Shown here: piece by piece, positions 41,760 to 50,236 of the stretch
Numbering within the stretch: the first letter of the stretch is position 1
How the letters are laid out: each line of letters opens with the position of its first letter
Notes under the pieces: model-generated
What the model was told of the DNA's origin: nothing
The model's database searches: none
What the model saw: only the letters and a program-made list of their open reading frames with translations
Source: Treponema sp.
Lineage (GTDB): Bacteria > Spirochaetota > Spirochaetia > Treponematales > Breznakiellaceae
NCBI GenBank assembly: GCA_031279555.1
Contig: JAITIK010000005.1
Location: 1,464 to 65,463, forward strand
Length of the DNA stretch: 64,000 nt
Direction: 5' to 3'
Made by a program: the position numbers and the translations under genes

Positions 41760-42818
41760 ATGAGATGCGAAGGAATGCCTTTCGCGGCGCGTGGCGAAAG
41801 GTTTCTCTATCGCATGCGTTTAATTTTATGTGACAAGAGGTTGATCTTGACAAAAGCAGTTTTTAGGCAGAATGAACTCATTACGAATCAAGAGACGATC
41901 TTGCTTGAACCTCCTCATGCGTTTCCTGAATTGGCGCACCTTGCTGTATCTAAAGAAGCGGAAAAGGACGAAGACGAGAAAAATGAAGTCTACGATGGTC
42001 CAACCGTAGAAGATCTGAGAAGAGAAGCTGAGTCGTTTAAGGCGCAGTGGGAAATTGAAAAAGAAGCCCTTGTTATCTCCGCCAAAAACGACGCCGCCAC
42101 TATCGTAAAAGAAGCGAAAGAAACCGCCTTTCAAGAAGTAAAACGAAAAACCGAAGAAGCTCAAATCTTAAAACGGCAAGCGGAAGACGAAGCCGAACGC
42201 ATTATTGCGGAAGCGAAAGAAAAAGCTAAACAGATAGAAGACGAAGCTCGCATGGCGTACGAGAATCAAAAAAAAGAGGCGAATGATACGGGCTTTCGAA
42301 CCGGCAGGGAAGAAGGGTACAACTCCGGCAAAGCTGAAGTCGAGCGCTTGATCCAGCGGACGCAAACAGTGCTTAAACGGGCTCAGGATAAACGGGGTGA
42401 AATTCTCGCGGAAAGCGAGCGACAGATTGTGGATTTAGTGTTGCTCATCGCCCGCAAAGTGATAAAAGTGATCTCAGAATCCCAAAAAACCGTGGTTGTC
42501 TCCAATGTGGTGCAGGCGTTGCGCAAGCTCAAGAACCGGGGCGCTGTCATCATCCGCGTCAATATGGCTGATGTAAAGCTCACCACCGAGCATATCAAAG
42601 ACTTTATCCGTCTGGCCGAAGGCGCCGCTTCCATACAGGTGCAGGAAGATTCTTCCGTTGACGCGGGCGGTTGCATCATCGAAACCGACTTCGGTGAAAT
42701 TGACGCCCGCATTTCAAGCCAGCTTGCCGAATTGGAAAGCAAGATATTGGAAATGTCGCCGATAAAAACCACGCCAAAATCGCCGCCGCCAGCAAGCGCG
42801 GCAACCGCGCGGAAATGA
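41760..42818 (+). CDS. fliH: Flagellar assembly protein FliH (start uncertain)
   Basis: Lys/Glu-rich coiled-coil middle and a C-terminal FliH/YscL-like domain (IVDLVLLIARKVIK..GGCIIETDFGEIDARISSQL). The 5' end of the track ORF abuts a repeat element. An in-frame TTG at 41847 follows AAGAGG. Confidence 0.7.
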   Translation: MRCEGMPFAARGERFLYRMRLILCDKRLILTKAVFRQNELITNQETILLEPPHAFPELAHLAVSKEAEKDEDEKNEVYDGPTVEDLRREAESFKAQWEIEKEALVISAKNDAATIVKEAKETAFQEVKRKTEEAQILKRQAEDEAERIIAEAKEKAKQIEDEARMAYENQKKEANDTGFRTGREEGYNSGKAEVERLIQRTQTVLKRAQDKRGEILAESERQIVDLVLLIARKVIKVISESQKTVVVSNVVQALRKLKNRGAVIIRVNMADVKLTTEHIKDFIRLAEGAASIQVQEDSSVDAGGCIIETDFGEIDARISSQLAELESKILEMSPIKTTPKSPPPASAATARK

Positions 42819-42838
42819 GATAAGCAAGGCTCCTTTGC

Positions 42839-44203
42839 ATGGAAACTATTATTGACAAATACCTAAAAATAGCGGAAAACATTGACCCCATTAAATGTGT
42901 GGGTCATGTCTCCAAGGTACAGGGGCTGTTGATTGAAAGTGTCGGCCCTTCGGCTATTATCGGGGAAATATGCCGCATAGAAATCGGCGAGGAAGTCTAC
43001 CTCCAAGCTGAAGTGGTGGGGCTCCATGGCGGTACCATACAGCTTATGGCCTACTCTGAGACGGGCGGCATACGGGTAGGCGACCGTGTAGTCGCTTCAG
43101 GTTCCAGCCTTGATGTCGCGGTCTCGGACAAGTTGCTTGGACGGGTGTTGGACGCCAAGGGAAAAGCCGCTGACGGCAAGGGTGAAATTGAAAGCGGCGT
43201 CCGTTACCCGGTCATGGCAAACCCGCCTGATCCGCTGAAACGGGCGCGGATTACGAAGCGCATCGCCACCGGCGTACGGGCGATAGACAGTATGCTTGCG
43301 GTTGGGTGCGGGCAACGGATCGGCATATTCGCTGGATCGGGCGTTGGGAAATCCACGTTGCTCGGCATGATAGCCCGCAACACTAACGCGGATGTAAATG
43401 TGGTGGCTCTCATCGGGGAGCGCGGACGCGAGGTGAACGACTTTATCGAAAAAGACTTGGGCGAAGAGGGGCTTAAAAAAAGTGTGCTTGTGGTGACGCC
43501 CTCCAACTCCCCTCCCCTTTTGCGTCTGCGCGGCGCGTATACCGCGACTGCGGTAGCCGAATATTTTCGAGACAAAGGCAAAAACGTCATGCTCCTCTTT
43601 GATTCGATCACCCGTTTTGCGCGCGCCATGCGGGAAATCGGGCTTGCAACCGGCGAACCGCCCGCCACACGCGGCTATCCGCCAAGCATGTTTGACCAGA
43701 TGCCGAAATTGCTTGAGCGCTCTGGATCGGCGGAAACAGGCAGCATCACGAGTTTTTACACCATTTTGGTTGACGGCGATGATATGGACGAGCCGGTCGC
43801 GGACACGGTGCGCGGCATACTGGACGGTCATATTGTGCTTTCCAGAAAACTCGCCCAGTATTACCATTATCCGGCGATTGATGTGCTCCGAAGCGTTTCC
43901 CGTTTGGAAAAGGATGTATCGGGACCCGCAATCCAACATGCGGTTGGCGTCATCCGGCGTCTTATGGCAATCTATGATGAAAATGAGAAGCTCATCAATG
44001 TGGGCGCCTACCACGCAGGCACAAACGCCCTCATAGACAACGCCATCGCCAAGCATGACAGCATAGAAAATTTTCTTATGCAGGGTATTGGCGAAAAAGC
44101 CGCTATCCGGGACACGCTTGTAAAACTAGGCGAACTTGCGGGCGTAACCATACCGGAAGAAGAACTGCCCGCAGAATCGTCCGGCGCGGAGGACGAAGAA
44201 TGA
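42839..44203 (+). CDS. fliI: Flagellum-specific ATP synthase FliI
   Basis: Walker A GSGVGKST, Walker B VMLLFDSITR, and conserved blocks of the F1/T3SS ATPase family. Confidence 0.95.
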   Translation: METIIDKYLKIAENIDPIKCVGHVSKVQGLLIESVGPSAIIGEICRIEIGEEVYLQAEVVGLHGGTIQLMAYSETGGIRVGDRVVASGSSLDVAVSDKLLGRVLDAKGKAADGKGEIESGVRYPVMANPPDPLKRARITKRIATGVRAIDSMLAVGCGQRIGIFAGSGVGKSTLLGMIARNTNADVNVVALIGERGREVNDFIEKDLGEEGLKKSVLVVTPSNSPPLLRLRGAYTATAVAEYFRDKGKNVMLLFDSITRFARAMREIGLATGEPPATRGYPPSMFDQMPKLLERSGSAETGSITSFYTILVDGDDMDEPVADTVRGILDGHIVLSRKLAQYYHYPAIDVLRSVSRLEKDVSGPAIQHAVGVIRRLMAIYDENEKLINVGAYHAGTNALIDNAIAKHDSIENFLMQGIGEKAAIRDTLVKLGELAGVTIPEEELPAESSGAEDEE

Positions 44204-44269
44204 TGGAGGAAGCCGCCGAATGAGCCGGTATTCTTGACAGGCTCCTTGCCCAACGGCGGCTTTAGGCGT

Positions 44270-46552
44270 TTAGGACATATCAGATACGCGCAAAATTTCC
44301 TTGCGGATAGTCGCAGTCGCCTCCACCATGTTTCTTAACGCGGGCTTCACTTCTTCCCAGTTTCTTGTTTTTAGGCCGCAATCAGGATTGACCCACATTT
44401 TCTTTTTATCGAGCGTTTCAAGCCGCGCCATAATTTGTTCCCGAAATTCGGCGACCGATGGCGCTCGCGGTGAATGAATGTCATATACACCGGGTCCTAT
44501 TTCGTTTTGATACGCGGTTTCTTTAAAAACCTTCAGGAGCTTGTTGCCGCTGCGGGCGGTTTCAATGGTAAGCGCGTCGGCGTCCATGGCCTCAATGGTT
44601 TTTATAATGCCGTTAAAATCGCTGTAACACATGTGGGTATGTATCTGGGTTGGCATATCCGCGGCGCTTACCGCAAGCCGGAAGGCTTCCAGCGCCCATT
44701 GTTCGTATTCACCGATATTTTCTTTCCGCAAGGGATACCCCTCCCGAAACGCCGCCTCATCAACCTGGATTATGGTAACGCCAGCTTTCTGCAAATCGGC
44801 GACTTCATCGCTCAGGGCAAGGGCTATCTGCCGCGCCACCTCTGCCCGCGTGATATCGTTCCTGACAAAAGACCAGTTAAGGATGGTGACGGGACCGGTC
44901 AACATGCCTTTCATAGGTTTCTTTGTTTTGCTTTGAGCGTAGCTTATCCATTTCACTGTCATAGGCTCCGGGCGGCTGACATCGCCGAAAATAACCGGCG
45001 GCTTGACGCAACGGGAACCGTAGCTTTGAACCCATCCGTTTTTGGTAAAATGAAATCCCTCCAGAAGTTCGCCAAAATATTCCACCATGTCATTCCGTTC
45101 CGGCTCTCCGTGGACTAAAACGTCAAGCCCAACTTCCTCCTGAAACGCGACACAGTGGTCAATATACTTTTTTATCTCAATTTCATAGCCGGCGCTTGAT
45201 ATGACGCCTTTTCGGTAGTCACTCCTTGCTTTTCGTAACGCCGGAGTCTGGGGGAAACTCCCGATAGTGGTGGTCGGCAGCACGGGAAGATTCAGCCGCT
45301 CTTTTTGAAGGACGCTCCGTTCCGCATACGTTCCCTTTCGGGATGTTCTGGAGAGCTTCGCCAGCCTGTCCTCCACCCTATTGTTTTTTATCAGCCCTGA
45401 ATTGGGATCGGACAACAAATTTCCCTTGCTTTCTTCAATCAAAGATTTTTCCGTTTCAGAAAGGCTGTCAGAAGAAAACAACCTTGCCAAGAGAGAAACC
45501 TCTTCCACTTTCTCGCAGGCAAAAGCCAGATATTTCTTGATTGCGCTCTCCGGCTCGTTTTTCAGCGAGTAGGGGCTATGCAAAAGGGAACAACTGGTCG
45601 AAACAATGATCTGTTCTTTGGGAATCGCCTTGTTTATCCGTTCAAGCATCTCCAGACTTGCGCATAGATCGTTGCGCCAAATATTCCGCCCGTCTACAAC
45701 GCCGGTTATAATATATTTGGAAGCGGCGCATTCCAATCCTTCAAAATTGCGTTTCCCGTACAGGAAATCAAGGCCGACGCCCCAAATTGGAGTGTCACAA
45801 AGCAGCTTTGTCGCCTCCGTCGAATGTTCAAAATAACTTGTTACGATAATTTTTATCCTGCCGCTCGCCGAAGCCAGTTCCCTGTAGGTCGCCTGAATCA
45901 GCGGGAGCATCGCGTCAGAAGGATTTTTGACAAACGCCGGCTCGTCGAATTGCACATACACGAATTCATCCAGTTTTGCTATTTCCTCCAGCAATCGCTT
46001 ATAAACCGGCGTTATTTTATGCAGATATTTGAAGGAATCGCCTCCGTCTTTTGTTTTCGAAAGAGCCAGGAATGTCAAAGGGCCAATAATGTTGATTTTT
46101 GTCCTTACCCCTATATCCCGCGCTTCCCGGTATTCGGACGTTACCTTCGCCGGATCAAGCTGAAAAACCATGTCATCACTCAATTCTGGCACGATAAAGT
46201 GGTAATTGGTATTAAACCATTTGGTCATTTCCATGGCGGCGGCCTTGCCATTTCCCCGGGCCATGGCAAAGTACCGTTCGTTTTTATCCGCTATTCCGGC
46301 GAATCGTTCAGGGACGGCATTGAGCATTGCCATAGTGTCAAGCATATTGTCATAAAAGCTAAAGTCATTGGAACTGATAAAATCAATGCCCGCGTCTTTC
46401 TGCAAACGCCAATATTTTTTCCGCAATACCCGCGCGGCGGCTTCGACTTCATCAAAAGAAACCTTATGCGCCCAATAATTCTCCAAAGCTTTTTTGAGTT
46501 CCCTGTTTTCCCCTATCCGGGGAAACCCGTTAATCAGTGTTTTTATAGTCAT
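44270..46552 (-). CDS. metE: Cobalamin-independent methionine synthase
   Basis: 760 aa with two Meth_synt domains. NGFPRIGENRELKKALE is near the N-terminus. The C-terminal zinc ligands lie in HTHMCYSDF and WVNPDCGLKTR. Confidence 0.95.
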   Translation of the reverse strand: MTIKTLINGFPRIGENRELKKALENYWAHKVSFDEVEAAARVLRKKYWRLQKDAGIDFISSNDFSFYDNMLDTMAMLNAVPERFAGIADKNERYFAMARGNGKAAAMEMTKWFNTNYHFIVPELSDDMVFQLDPAKVTSEYREARDIGVRTKINIIGPLTFLALSKTKDGGDSFKYLHKITPVYKRLLEEIAKLDEFVYVQFDEPAFVKNPSDAMLPLIQATYRELASASGRIKIIVTSYFEHSTEATKLLCDTPIWGVGLDFLYGKRNFEGLECAASKYIITGVVDGRNIWRNDLCASLEMLERINKAIPKEQIIVSTSCSLLHSPYSLKNEPESAIKKYLAFACEKVEEVSLLARLFSSDSLSETEKSLIEESKGNLLSDPNSGLIKNNRVEDRLAKLSRTSRKGTYAERSVLQKERLNLPVLPTTTIGSFPQTPALRKARSDYRKGVISSAGYEIEIKKYIDHCVAFQEEVGLDVLVHGEPERNDMVEYFGELLEGFHFTKNGWVQSYGSRCVKPPVIFGDVSRPEPMTVKWISYAQSKTKKPMKGMLTGPVTILNWSFVRNDITRAEVARQIALALSDEVADLQKAGVTIIQVDEAAFREGYPLRKENIGEYEQWALEAFRLAVSAADMPTQIHTHMCYSDFNGIIKTIEAMDADALTIETARSGNKLLKVFKETAYQNEIGPGVYDIHSPRAPSVAEFREQIMARLETLDKKKMWVNPDCGLKTRNWEEVKPALRNMVEATATIRKEILRVSDMS

Positions 46553-46689
46553 GAAAAACTCCTTTGAATCGACTGCTATGGCGTACGCCTATCCTCGCCG
46601 AAATACCCTTTCTTAAAAGGGAAAATGAGAACATAAAATTACAAAGCTCATCTTTTCCGGGCCCAATCCGCGAGGCCGCGGAAAAATCG

Positions 46690-46925
46690 GGAACATTCCC
46701 ACCTGGGAATATCCTGTATACCAAAGTCTCCTGGCTTGCGGGTGGAAAGGCGGCCCGGCTGCGAGAATTCGCGGCGTTTTTGACAGCCACTCCCATTCCG
46801 TCAGTCTTCCCGGCCTTTTTTGGGGGCCAGTGGCTGTTGTGACGGAATCAACCCGGTTACAGTTACGGGATAGCGGAGGATTCGCCGGACTACGTACGTC
46901 CGACCTCACTTCCTTTGAAATATAC
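46690..46925 (-). ncRNA. Cobalamin (B12) riboswitch in the metE leader
   Basis: The minus-strand leader contains GGAAGUGAGGUC..CCGGCGAAUCCUCCGCUAUCCCGUAACUGUAACC..CCACUGGCCC..GGCCGGGAAG..AAGCCAGGAGACUUUGG. The last block is the B12 box (forward coordinates 46725-46739). The blocks occur in the order and wording of the cobalamin riboswitch consensus as I remember it. Confidence 0.7.
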
Positions 46926-46931
46926 AGTCAA

Positions 46932-46961
46932 ATTATAGTGTTTCATGGGGGAGACAGTCAA
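46932..46961 (-). promoter_or_regulatory. Sigma70-type promoter of the metE leader
   Basis: The minus strand reads TTGACT (46961-46956), an 18-nt spacer, then TATAAT (46937-46932), immediately upstream of the riboswitch. Confidence 0.55.
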
Positions 46962-47095
46962 GCGACCTTGACCATGAATCGTGCGAACGAAGAACACGAA
47001 CAGGAAAACGCTTGTTGTTAGATGCCGCGACGCTGGCGATGTACGCCGAATTTACGCTAAAAATATAGGAATTCAAAGTGTCAAAATTTCATATC

Positions 47096-47124
47096 TTGAC
47101 AATTATAAAAAAAAATGATATGCT
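47096..47124 (+). promoter_or_regulatory. Sigma70-type promoter with extended -10
   Basis: TTGACA (47096-47101), a 17-nt spacer ending in TG, then TATGCT (47119-47124). Confidence 0.5.
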
Positions 47125-47146
47125 ATTCTACTAAAAAAGTACGCTA

Positions 47147-47213
47147 GAGGCTTCTTTAAAATTAATCCAAACTTACATTCGGCGAACGTAAGTTCGTGTT
47201 TTGAAAAAGGCTT
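47147..47213. repeat. Hairpin repeat family, copy 12 (degenerate)
   Basis: GAGGCTTCTTTAAAA..CATTCGGCGAACGTAAGTTCGTGTTTTGAAAAAGGCTT. The core is recognisable but the arms are weak. Confidence 0.5.
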
Positions 47214-47383
47214 AGTATTATGATCACAAAATCGCCGTCCAACAAGGCGCGTTATGAATGATCGGCATGTATGTTTGGCTTTCTCCATCCGTATGGCAAC
47301 GGGTGGTTTAGCGGCGTACTTGAGTGCGTCTATATAATTTTAGAGTCTTTGGGAAATCGTCCCAAAGGTATGGAGGAATGTCC

Positions 47384-47581
47384 ATGAAAAAATTTTGGCT
47401 TATCTGTCTTGTAGGCTTGCTGGCAATCGGTATGGGGCTCGCTGGGTGCGCAGGAAGTCCCGCGCCGACGACGGATGCGCCTTCTGAGGCAGTTGCCGCG
47501 GAAGAAACCGTTGACGAGGCTGAGGTTGCCGACGAGGCTGCCGAAGAAGAGGTTGTTGAAGCGGAAGAAGCCGCCGAGTAA
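47384..47581 (+). CDS. Small acidic lipoprotein
   Basis: MKKFWLICLVGLLAIGMGLAGC has a perfect LAGC lipobox. The mature part is Ala/Glu/Val-rich. ATG 47384 lies 8 nt after GGAGG. Confidence 0.6.
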   Translation: MKKFWLICLVGLLAIGMGLAGCAGSPAPTTDAPSEAVAAEETVDEAEVADEAAEEEVVEAEEAAE

Positions 47582-47646
47582 CAACCTTGAGCGGAGGATG
47601 CCGCATTCTTTTTGAATTTTTGATTTGAAAAAGAACTAAAGCTAAA

Positions 47647-47681
47647 GCGCAGGCAATGCCGGGCATTGCCTGCGCTTTTTT
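47647..47681 (+). terminator. Rho-independent terminator between convergent genes
   Basis: GCGCAGGCAATGC-CGG-GCATTGCCTGCGC (13-bp perfect stem) followed by TTTTTT. Confidence 0.8.
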
Positions 47682-48840
47682 AATGTCCAAGACACTCGTC
47701 TATAATAGATTTCAACGTATTCTCATTCACCTTCACAATCTCCGACTCGCGCGCGACGCTTTCAGGCGAATCTGAAGCGTGGGCGGTGTTCACCATGACG
47801 TTGCTGCCGAATTCGCGGCGAACCGTACCGCCCGGCGCTTTCAGCGGATCCGTGGGTCCAAGCACATCGCGGATTTTCTTAACCGCGTCAATACCCTCGT
47901 AAATGAGGATCATGCACTTGACCGACTTGCATTCGTCCACAGGAGCGCCCGGCTTCACGCCCGACATAAAGCCTACAATCTGGGCGAACTGATCATAGGC
48001 GTATTCGACGCCGAACGTCTCGACAAGGGCTTTCTCCGTACGTTCGCTCAAGGCGAGGAAAAATTCCTTTTCAAGCGTCTCTTTAGCCTTCTTCCCTAAA
48101 ACGGGCGCGAGCTTGCTTTTCAACGCCGCTTCGACCGGACCGTAAAAATCAAGCGCCTGTTCAAGCGTGAATCGGTGAATTTTTATGCCGATGATCCTGA
48201 GACCTGTCCGTGAAAACATATCGATGATGCTCCCCGGACGGGATGAGGCGTACTGCCAATTGTCGGGCTTTATGATGACCAAGGTGCGCTCTATTTTTGA
48301 AGGATCATCGTATTCCATATTGTTGACGATGTTCTCTTTGCCATCCAAATAGCTTGAAAACAGGGCGAGATCTCTGTCCGCCCACTTCTGCTCGCGCGGC
48401 GTCATGACCGCAGGCTCAAAATAGTTGACTTGCGCCGTATCGGGGTCTATAATCAGGTCCGCGTAGGTGTCGCGTATGGTTTCTCCGGTAAGCGATTCAT
48501 CGCCTATGTGTTCGGGGAAAATATGTCCGCATATCTTCGCCAGCTTTTCGCAGGGATTCTCCCCTTTAAATAAAAGCAAAAGCGTACGGTGCTTTCTGCC
48601 GCCCGAAGGGACGAGCCGCGCCTCAGCGTAATCCGCAAGAAGCGTAACGCTGTCTGACGACACGTTTTGCGCGCACAATATCGCCGAGTATTCTTTCGCA
48701 AACGCCTCGTCGGGCGCAAACATCTGGGCGCCTACAAGTTCAAGATCAACTTGCGACAAAAGCCGCGCCAACACACCGCCGGTTCTGCTTTTTGCGACCG
48801 TGTACGGCGTCACCATGACATACGATAATGATTCCGGCAT
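47680..48840 (-). CDS. Tandem nucleoside-diphosphate-kinase-like protein
   Basis: It has two NDK-like halves. The N-terminal half reads YVMVTPYTVAKSRTGGVLARLL. The second half reads ERTLVIIKPDNWQYASSRPGSIIDMF..GTVRREFGSNVMVNTAHASDS. Confidence 0.75.
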   Translation of the reverse strand: MPESLSYVMVTPYTVAKSRTGGVLARLLSQVDLELVGAQMFAPDEAFAKEYSAILCAQNVSSDSVTLLADYAEARLVPSGGRKHRTLLLLFKGENPCEKLAKICGHIFPEHIGDESLTGETIRDTYADLIIDPDTAQVNYFEPAVMTPREQKWADRDLALFSSYLDGKENIVNNMEYDDPSKIERTLVIIKPDNWQYASSRPGSIIDMFSRTGLRIIGIKIHRFTLEQALDFYGPVEAALKSKLAPVLGKKAKETLEKEFFLALSERTEKALVETFGVEYAYDQFAQIVGFMSGVKPGAPVDECKSVKCMILIYEGIDAVKKIRDVLGPTDPLKAPGGTVRREFGSNVMVNTAHASDSPESVARESEIVKVNENTLKSIIDECLGH

Positions 48841-48843
48841 TTC

Positions 48844-50124
48844 TTACTCCTCCATGTATGGGCTGTCATGCTTTTTAGCGTCGCCTTCGGCGTCACCCAA
48901 ACCTTCTGACAGCATCTTTACAATAATATCCCTGTTGTCAAGCAGGGAACTTAAAGACAACTCCTGATGCAAGCGGGAAATCGTCTGGGCGAAAAGCGGC
49001 GTTATATTCACGCTGATAAACCATTCCCGCTTCACTAGTTCTTCTTGATAAATCGCGTTGGCGCCGATAATACGGTAAAAAAGCCCCTGTTTGTAGGCGT
49101 CGTCAAAGTAGGAGACGGCGTTTCCCGAAAAGAGCGGAAGGCTGATCGCCGATATGACCTTGCCCGCGCCCTGCTCTTTGAGGAATTTCATCGCCTTGAG
49201 CAGGGTGCCGCCAGTTCCAAGCATATCGTCCGCCATAAAGACAGTCTTTCCGGCGACATTTCCAAGTAGTTTTATCTCCGCGATGTTGTTTTCAAGCGCG
49301 TTTTCCGTAACTTTGGAATAATCCCGTTCCTTGTACAGCAGAGCAAGCGGCTTTTTTAACGCGGTGGCGTAGAATTTGTTGCGGTCCACGGCGCCGGTGT
49401 CAGGAGAAACCACCACAAAATTGTCGTTCAAGACGCCGGGCATTTTCGACAGTATACGGATGATCTGGTAGCTTGCGTGGAGGTTCTCAATGGTCATCGT
49501 ATTGAACGAGTTGCCGATCTCCCGCGAATGAATGTCCAGGGTGATGATGCGGTGGACGCCGAGAAATTCCAAAAGTTTCCCCACACGGCTCGCCGTAATC
49601 CCTTCGCGCCCCTTTTTCTTGTGTTGCCGTGAATAAGGGTAAGTGGGAAGCGCCAGCGTAATGCGTCCCGCGCCCGCTTGTTTCACCGCGTCGACCGTAA
49701 CAAACAGCGTCATCAGGTGATCGTTGATCGAAAGCGTCCGTTTGCAGCCGTTATTGAAATTGACCGGAAAATGGTTTTCAACATCTTGTACTATAAAAAT
49801 ATCCTTGCCCCGCACCGATTCCAATATCTCGGCTTTAACCTCGCCGTTCGCAAACATGGTGAATTGCGCGGGTATCTTTATGCCTGAAGGTCTGAATTGG
49901 GTGGGATCCGTATACGGTGGCAGGCTCGACGTGGCGTCACGAATAAAATTGAACTTTGTGATGATCGAAGGAACATCTAAATCGTACCGTTTCGCCAGTT
50001 TGGAAACAGTGCGCTCAAATTGACGGCGACACCCGGTCTGCAGGTGAAGAATTACCTCATCGGCAAAAATCTCTCCTCCCGGACACGCGATGACGCCTAA
50101 ATTAGATGGAGTAGAATAATTCAC
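48844..50124 (-). CDS. prs: Ribose-phosphate pyrophosphokinase family protein (long form)
   Basis: ..VVSPDTGAVDRNKFYA.. and the PRPP-binding loop VFMADDMLGTGGTLLKA. The N-terminal Pribosyltran_N-like region is longer than in classical Prs. Confidence 0.8.
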   Translation of the reverse strand: MNYSTPSNLGVIACPGGEIFADEVILHLQTGCRRQFERTVSKLAKRYDLDVPSIITKFNFIRDATSSLPPYTDPTQFRPSGIKIPAQFTMFANGEVKAEILESVRGKDIFIVQDVENHFPVNFNNGCKRTLSINDHLMTLFVTVDAVKQAGAGRITLALPTYPYSRQHKKKGREGITASRVGKLLEFLGVHRIITLDIHSREIGNSFNTMTIENLHASYQIIRILSKMPGVLNDNFVVVSPDTGAVDRNKFYATALKKPLALLYKERDYSKVTENALENNIAEIKLLGNVAGKTVFMADDMLGTGGTLLKAMKFLKEQGAGKVISAISLPLFSGNAVSYFDDAYKQGLFYRIIGANAIYQEELVKREWFISVNITPLFAQTISRLHQELSLSSLLDNRDIIVKMLSEGLGDAEGDAKKHDSPYMEE

Positions 50125-50146
50125 GGGAATACAATAGCATAAAAAC

Positions 50147-50164
50147 GCCTATTGCTCAATAGGC
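50147..50164. promoter_or_regulatory. 8-2-8 inverted repeat GCCTATTG-CT-CAATAGGC upstream of recA
   Basis: Read directly from the sequence. It lies in the divergent prs/recA intergenic region, about 15 nt upstream of a TATGAT -10-like hexamer. Confidence 0.35.
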
Positions 50165-50236
50165 AAAAAAACAACTTTATGATATTCTAAAGCAAACGGT
50201 GTATGAACGCCGTATCTATGTTGAGGGGGGAAAATA

